From positions 1-64,000 of the forward strand of contig CAWJIM010000003.1 in NCBI GenBank assembly GCA_963842945.1: a DNA stretch of 64,000 nt, given 5' to 3'. Every line of letters begins with the position of its first letter. Within the stretch, counting starts at the first letter, position 1. This DNA comes from an uncultured Gemmatimonadales bacterium (GTDB lineage Bacteria > Gemmatimonadota > Gemmatimonadetes > Gemmatimonadales > GWC2-71-9). The translations under genes and the position numbers were made by a program. Of the stretch, positions 58,158-64,000 are shown one piece after another. The notes below the pieces were generated by a model. The model saw only the letters and a program-made list of their open reading frames with translations. It had not been told where the DNA came from and did not search any database.

Positions 58158-60720
58158 TTGGCCGACTCTGCTCGAACCCTTACGTGCGGCACTCGAAGGG
58201 CGTTATGCCGTTGAGCGGCTGCTCGGGCAGGGTGGGATGGCCACGGTGTACCTGGCCAGAGACTGCCGCCACGATCGCCCGGTGGCCATCAAGGTGCTCC
58301 GTCCGGAGCTCGCGGCCTCCTTAGGGGCAGACCGATTCCTCCGCGAGATCAAGCTCGCCGCCAATCTCCAGCACCCGAACATTCTTGCACTGTACGACTC
58401 GGGGGATGCCGGGGGATTCCTTTATTACGTCATGCCGTTGGTGGAGGGTGAGTCTCTGCGTGCCCGGCTCGACCGGGAAAGCCAGCTCTCGGTCCCGGAT
58501 GCCATTCAACTCACCTGCGAGGTGGCCGAGGCGCTACACTGCGCCCACAGCCGGGGCATCATTCACCGAGATATCAAGCCGGAAAACATCCTGATCCAGG
58601 AAGGGCACGCTCTGGTGGCCGACTTCGGGATCGCCCGGGCGGTGACGGAGGCGGGGGGCGACAAGCTCACCGAGACCGGCATGGCCGTCGGCACACCCCA
58701 CTACATGAGTCCGGAACAGGCGCTCGGCTCGCGCTCACGTGGATGGGCGCAGCGACGAGTACAGTCTGGGTTGCGTGACCTACGAAATGCTGGTAGGCCA
58801 GCCTCCCTTTGACGGGCCCAACGCCATGGCAATTCTGGCCCGCCACTCGATGGAGGGGGTGCCGAGCCTGCGGGTCGTCCGGCATTCCGTTCCCGACGAG
58901 GTCGAGACTGCAATCGGGCGGGCTCTGGAGAAGACGCCGGCCGACCGCTTTCCCACGGTTCGGGAGTTCTCCGATGCTCTGCTGCAGGCGGATCTCGGCC
59001 CGACCGCACGGCGGACCTCACCGCAGGCATTACGGGCAAACCGGAGAAGTACTCCAGTCAAGTCGCCGGCGCTCTCGGCCAAGAGTCCGCGACTCTGGGC
59101 ACTCGCGGCTGCGGTACTGGTGGCGTTGACAGGCACCGGTTGGGGGATCTGGCGCTTCTCGCACCGACCGGTCGCACCGGCATCAGCAACCGGATCCGGC
59201 GGTCTCGACCCTCACCGCATCGCGGTCCTCTATTTCCAGGCGGAAGGCGGTAAGGACTCGCTCGGGTACTTGGCGGATGGTCTCACCGAGGGTCTGATCC
59301 GCCAGCTGGACCAGGTTCCAGGATTGGATGTCATATCCAAGGGAGGAGTTGCGGCCGTACCGAGGCGACAGCGTGTCGCGGGATAGCGTCGCGCGCGCCC
59401 TGCGATGCCGGGACGCTGGTGGCCGGGGGAATCGAGCGGGAGGGTGGCCAGCTCAGGGTGACCGTGCGACTGGTCGACGGATCCAGTGGAGCCGAGTTTG
59501 GCCGGGCTAGCTTTGCCGAGCCCGCTGGTAAGCTGCTGGCAGTTCAGGATTCAGTCAGTCAGAAGGTGGCCGGCCTGATTCGCGAGCGTCTAGGCGAGGA
59601 GATCCGGCTCCGGGAGCAGCGCAATCGAACTCGCAGCGTGGCAGCATGGGCATTGGTCCAAAGAGCCGAGCAGGCGAGAAAGCAGGCCGAAGCCCTGGTG
59701 GAGAAGAATGACACGACCGGAGCCAGCGCCGGCACATTCGAGCGAGCGGATTCGCTTTACGCCCAAGCGCATTTGGCGGATCCGAGCTGGACCGAGCCTC
59801 TGACAGACCGGGCCGGGGTTGCCTACCGGCGCTCGCGCCTGGTCGGGCTGAACGGTGTGGCCGCCAAGCCATGGATCGAAAAGGGCCTGAAGCTCGCCGA
59901 CAGCGCGCTGGCACTCGCGCCGGAGGACCCCGACGGCCTGGAGGTGCGGGGTACACTCCGCTACTGGAAATGGCTGCTCAGGATCGAGGCCGACCCCCAG
60001 GCCGTCGATCAGCTGCTCAACGGTGCGCAGAACGATCTGGAGACCGCCGTCAGAGTGAATCCATCACAGGCGGGCGCCTGGGCGATCCTCAGCCATATGT
60101 ACAGCAACACCAAGAGTGAGACCGACGCGAAGCTGGCTGGCCTGCGCGCCTACGAGGCGGACGCGTATCTCCGAGATGCCCCCCAGGTCCTTAACCGGCT
60201 GTTCACCACCTCCTACGACCTGACTCAGTTCGCGGATGCAGCCCGGTGGTGCGATGAGGGCGCGCGCCGCTTTCCCAGCGATTTCAACTTCACCGGGTGC
60301 AAGCTCTGGATAATGACCACCAGGATCCGAGACCCCGATGTGGCGCTCGCGTGGAAGCTGGCTGATAGCCTCAGGAAGCTAGCCCCCGCGAGCCGGCGGG
60401 AATACGACACCCGGGACGCGAGGATGGCCGTCGCCATGGTGCTTGCCCGGGCCGGGCTAAAGGACAGCGCGCGAGCAGTGGCACTCCGAGCCCGCGGCGG
60501 AACCGACGTGGACCCCAATCAAGATCTCGCATATAGCGAGGTCTATGTACATCTCCTGCGCGGTGATAAGGACCAGGCACTGGAAGCGCTCAAGCGCTAC
60601 CTGGCCGCAAACCCGGAGCGAAGGATTTCTTTGGCGGATACAACCCATACCACCACTAGCTGGTGGTTCCGGGGTCTGGAGGATGATCCGCGGTACAAAG
60701 CGCTGGTCTTCAGTAAGTAA
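58158..60720 (+). CDS. Ser/Thr kinase - TM - TolB-N-like - TPR receptor-type protein (frameshifted)
   Basis: [39 protein letters not shown]...LADGLTEGLI; TPR helices; DDPRYKAL. Confidence 0.88.
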
Positions 60721-60857
60721 AGGTTGGGGCTAGACAACTCTGGTACTTGTTGCAAATTGGTGTTGGTACACTGACACAAATGACGGATTTGTAACCTGCC
60801 TCCTGTCCTGCCGGCCATGGCCGTTCGGGCGCTGGCTTAAATCGGAGGAACGCCAGG

Positions 60858-62243
60858 ATGCGCCGACTCACCTTTGCTGCCGCCGTCTGCGGCACGCTCG
60901 TCTTTGCCGCCTGTAACGACCAGGCCCCGACCGAGCCAACCCTACCTCGACCCTCGGAAAACTTTGGCTCCTGCCGGGCGACCCCGTTTCCCCTCGCCGG
61001 GGCCAATGGCATCGCACAGCAGATCGTGAACATCTATACCGGAACGTCGAAGGCCCAGTCACTGTTGCGGGCGGAGGCACTGCTGCGGGCCGGGGCAATC
61101 AAACTGTTATGGGATACCTGCCATCCCGATGCCGCCAGGAAGGCCGCCTTTGCCTTCATCGACTGGTTGAATCGCCACACCCCGGCAGGCAAACAAACTC
61201 AGGTTCAAACCCTTATTCTTGCGATACTCAGGGGCATCGGTGAGGTGACTGGTGCACCAGCGGACGGCGACTTCGGAGTAGGATTCTTCGACCCCGCCAA
61301 CACCCAACAACACAGTGATCACAACCGTGAATCACCATGCCCTGCTCGAGCTGGAGCCGGGCTCCTTCCTCGTGCCCACGGAGATCGTGATCAGCCGCAA
61401 GGCAGGTGACCCTGATCTCACCAACTTCGACGGGAACCAGTTTCCACCCACATACGACTACAACGCCATCAATAGCACGAACACCCATGTTCTCCAGCCG
61501 GGCAAGACGGCTAACATAGCGTTCTGTCTCGTGATCATAGGGGGGCCGGAGACGCCGGGTAACGGATATCCTGATCCCGCGAATCTGGCGCATCGGGCAC
61601 AATCCGGTTGTGGGCGCGCCGGGCTTCCCCTTCGAGATCCTCGAGCCGTTCGACCTGGAAGGGACGGAGCTTCGGAACAGCTTGACCTGCCCGGGGATCG
61701 ACGACGTGATCGGTAGCGCCGGCGGCGGGCTGCAGAACTTTGTCAACGCGGCTTTGCATACGGCCGGCCGCTTCCTGCCTACCTCAGCCGCTCTGGGCCG
61801 CCACGCTGGGGACGCTTCCGCCTCCGCCACCCCGGAGTGGTAAGGCAGGTAGCTTGAGCCCGTTCAAGCCGGTGGAGACGAGCTCCAACTCTATCGAGAG
61901 CTTCGGCAGCGACCTAGGCCCAGAAGACGGGAACGTTGTGGATCAGCCGCTCGATGCCTGCGGAGATGGATGCGAACCTACGTACAGGATCGCGGACGGC
62001 GAGGTAGGGATCCCAGGGCCGACCGACTTGACGGCGACGCTGATCCCAGGGGAAGGCTCGACCGGAACACTCAGCGGCACGACGATCCAGTCGACCTCGG
62101 AGACAGCACCCTACACCGCTGTTTTCGATGACCTGACCATATCAGCGCCTGGTACTTATCAGCTTAGGATTAGCTCGCCGGGCGTGGCGTCACACACCAC
62201 AGGAGTCTTCACCGTTAGCCCGGCTCCGCCACCAATCCCCTAG
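60858..62243 (+). CDS. Hypothetical lipoprotein (frameshifted over four ORFs)
   Basis: GGAGG RBS; MRRLTFAAAVCGTLVFAAC lipobox; Ig-like C-terminus FDDLTISAPGTYQL. Confidence 0.6.
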
Positions 62244-62263
62244 GTCCCACGGGAGAGCCGTAC

Positions 62264-62303
62264 GCAGCAGGTGGTCGGCATCCGCCGGCCACCTGTTGCT
62301 TTT
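62264..62303 (+). terminator. Rho-independent terminator
   Basis: GCAGCAGGTGGTCGGC-ATCC-GCCGGCCACCTGTTGC followed by TTTT. Confidence 0.75.
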
Positions 62304-62505
62304 GTGCGTAATGGCCTAGGTGGTTGTGAGCTTCCAGGCGCAGTCCTGCCTCGGGTAGCGGTGATGGAGTGCTAAGTTCGACGATGGTGCTCACCGCGAC
62401 GTCCCAATTGTGCGGTGTAGATTGAACCGACAAGCTTCTAGTTTCCCGCACCCCGGCGTCGTATTTTTGGGAATAGTTTTCCCCCCGCCATCCTGAGGCA
62501 CTCCC

Positions 62506-64000
62506 GTGGCCGATGTGCTCGAACTGTTGCGTACCGCGCTCGAAGAGCGCTATGCCGTCGAGCGTCTGATCGGCGAAGGTGGCATGGCCACCGTATACCT
62601 CGCCAACGACATCCGGCACGACCGTAAGGTCGCCATCAAGGTCCTCCGCCCGGAGCTTGCCGCCTCCATCGGGGCCGACCGGTTCCTCCGCGAGATCAAG
62701 GTCGCCGCCAAGCTCCAGCACCCCAACATCCTGCCCCTGTACGACTCCGGCGAGGCCTCGGATTTCCTCTATTACGTCATGCCGTTCGTGGAAGGCGAGT
62801 CGCTCCGGGCCCTGATGGAGCGGGAGCAGCAGCTCTCCTTGCCCGACTCCATCCAGCTCACCTGCGACATCGCCGAAGCGCTCCATTACGCCCACACCAC
62901 AAGGTCGTCCACCGCGATATCAAGCCGGAGAACATCCTGCTCCGGGACGGACGACCCTTGGTGGCGGACTTCGGCATCGCGCGGGCAGTGAGCGCAGCAG
63001 GCGAGAAGCTGACCGAAACCGGAATGGCGGTGGGAACCCCGCACTACATGAGCCCGGAGCAGGGCCTCGGCCAGCGAGCACATCGACGGACGCACCGACC
63101 AGTACAGCCTGGCGTGCATGCTCTACGAGATGCTGGTGGGCCAGCCGCCGTTCCACGGGCCTAATGCCATGGCCATCCTGGCGCGGCACTCACTGGAGGC
63201 GGTGCCCAGCCTGCAGGTGGTGCGCAATTCGATTCCCGATGAGGTGGAAGACGCGATCATGCGGGCGCTGGAGAAGACCCCGGCCGATCGATTTCCCACC
63301 GTCCGGGATTTCGCCGATGCGCTCGCCGAGGTGGATCTCGGAAGTGCTGCACGCCGTACCTCCTCCCGCTCGATGCGAGCACGGCGCACTGCTCCCCAAG
63401 GCGTCCGGCGCACCACCGGCAGTGTACGCGCGGAGCCGAAGGGGCTTCCAGCCAAGGTCCTGGCGTTTGCCCGATCTCGGGGCAGGGTGTTCTGGTCAAT
63501 CGTGACCGTCGCGATTCTGGCCGCCCTGGGGCTCTCGGCCTGGTGGGTGTGGCTGCGACCCGGCACGGCCTCGGGCGCGGCTTCCGGTTTCAGTCCCAAT
63601 CGGATCGCGGTGATGTACTTCGACAGCCGCGGCCGCCAGACTCGATCGGGTACCTGGCCGACGGTCTGACTGAGGCGTTGATCCACGAGCTGAGCGAGGT
63701 CAAACCGCTTCAGGTGATTTCCAGAACGGCGTTGCCCCATATCCAATGCCGCTGTCGCACCGGACAGCATCGGGCGGGCGCTTAAAGTCGGAACGTTGGT
63801 CAAGGAAGTGACGCGGTTCGGTGACAGGCTTCGGGTCAGCGTCTCGCTCATCAATGCCGCAACCGGCGAGGAGATCGGCAGCAAGACCCTGGAGCGGCCC
63901 AGGGAAGATCTTCGCACCTGCAGGACGACGTGGCGCGGGAGGTCTCGCTCTTTCTTCGCCAACGCCTGGGAGAGGAGATCAACCTCCAGGAGATCCGGAC
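62506..64000 (+). CDS. Ser/Thr kinase - TM - TolB-N-like protein, paralog of 58158..60720 (partial, frameshifted)
   Basis: [35 protein letters not shown]...[10 protein letters not shown]; runs off the window end. Confidence 0.85.

Overview
GC-rich bacterial window, most likely Gemmatimonadota (inferred from gene content such as rnz-mlaDFE-mutY-DUF2203 and the kinase-TPR expansion). About half of the genes carry single-base frameshifts, including housekeeping genes, which points to uncorrected long-read indels rather than real pseudogenes. Most of the window is housekeeping and envelope genes: tRNA-Ala, tRNA-Asn, rnz, mlaDEF, mutY, nadE, mntR-mntH, ldcA, pit, aceB, a hybrid histidine kinase and an N6-MTase/SNF2 helicase pair. 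The most striking region is 49.2-58.1 kb. A BTAD/AAA (SARP/AfsR-like) regulator lies divergent from two paralogous short peptide genes sharing the block FRIxLTPxQKxQVRxATGK...VEELEERIAP. Each peptide gene has a copy of the same TTCACG-N5-TTCACG promoter motif. Downstream come a GAF-GAF-membrane-fusion protein, a lipoprotein MFP, a PqqD/RRE-like-M50 protease-MFP fusion and a run of Ser/Thr kinases. No ABC ATPase, TolC or classical RiPP tailoring enzyme is present, so this is a candidate peptide processing/export or signalling system. All product calls come from motif recognition by eye; no searches were run.
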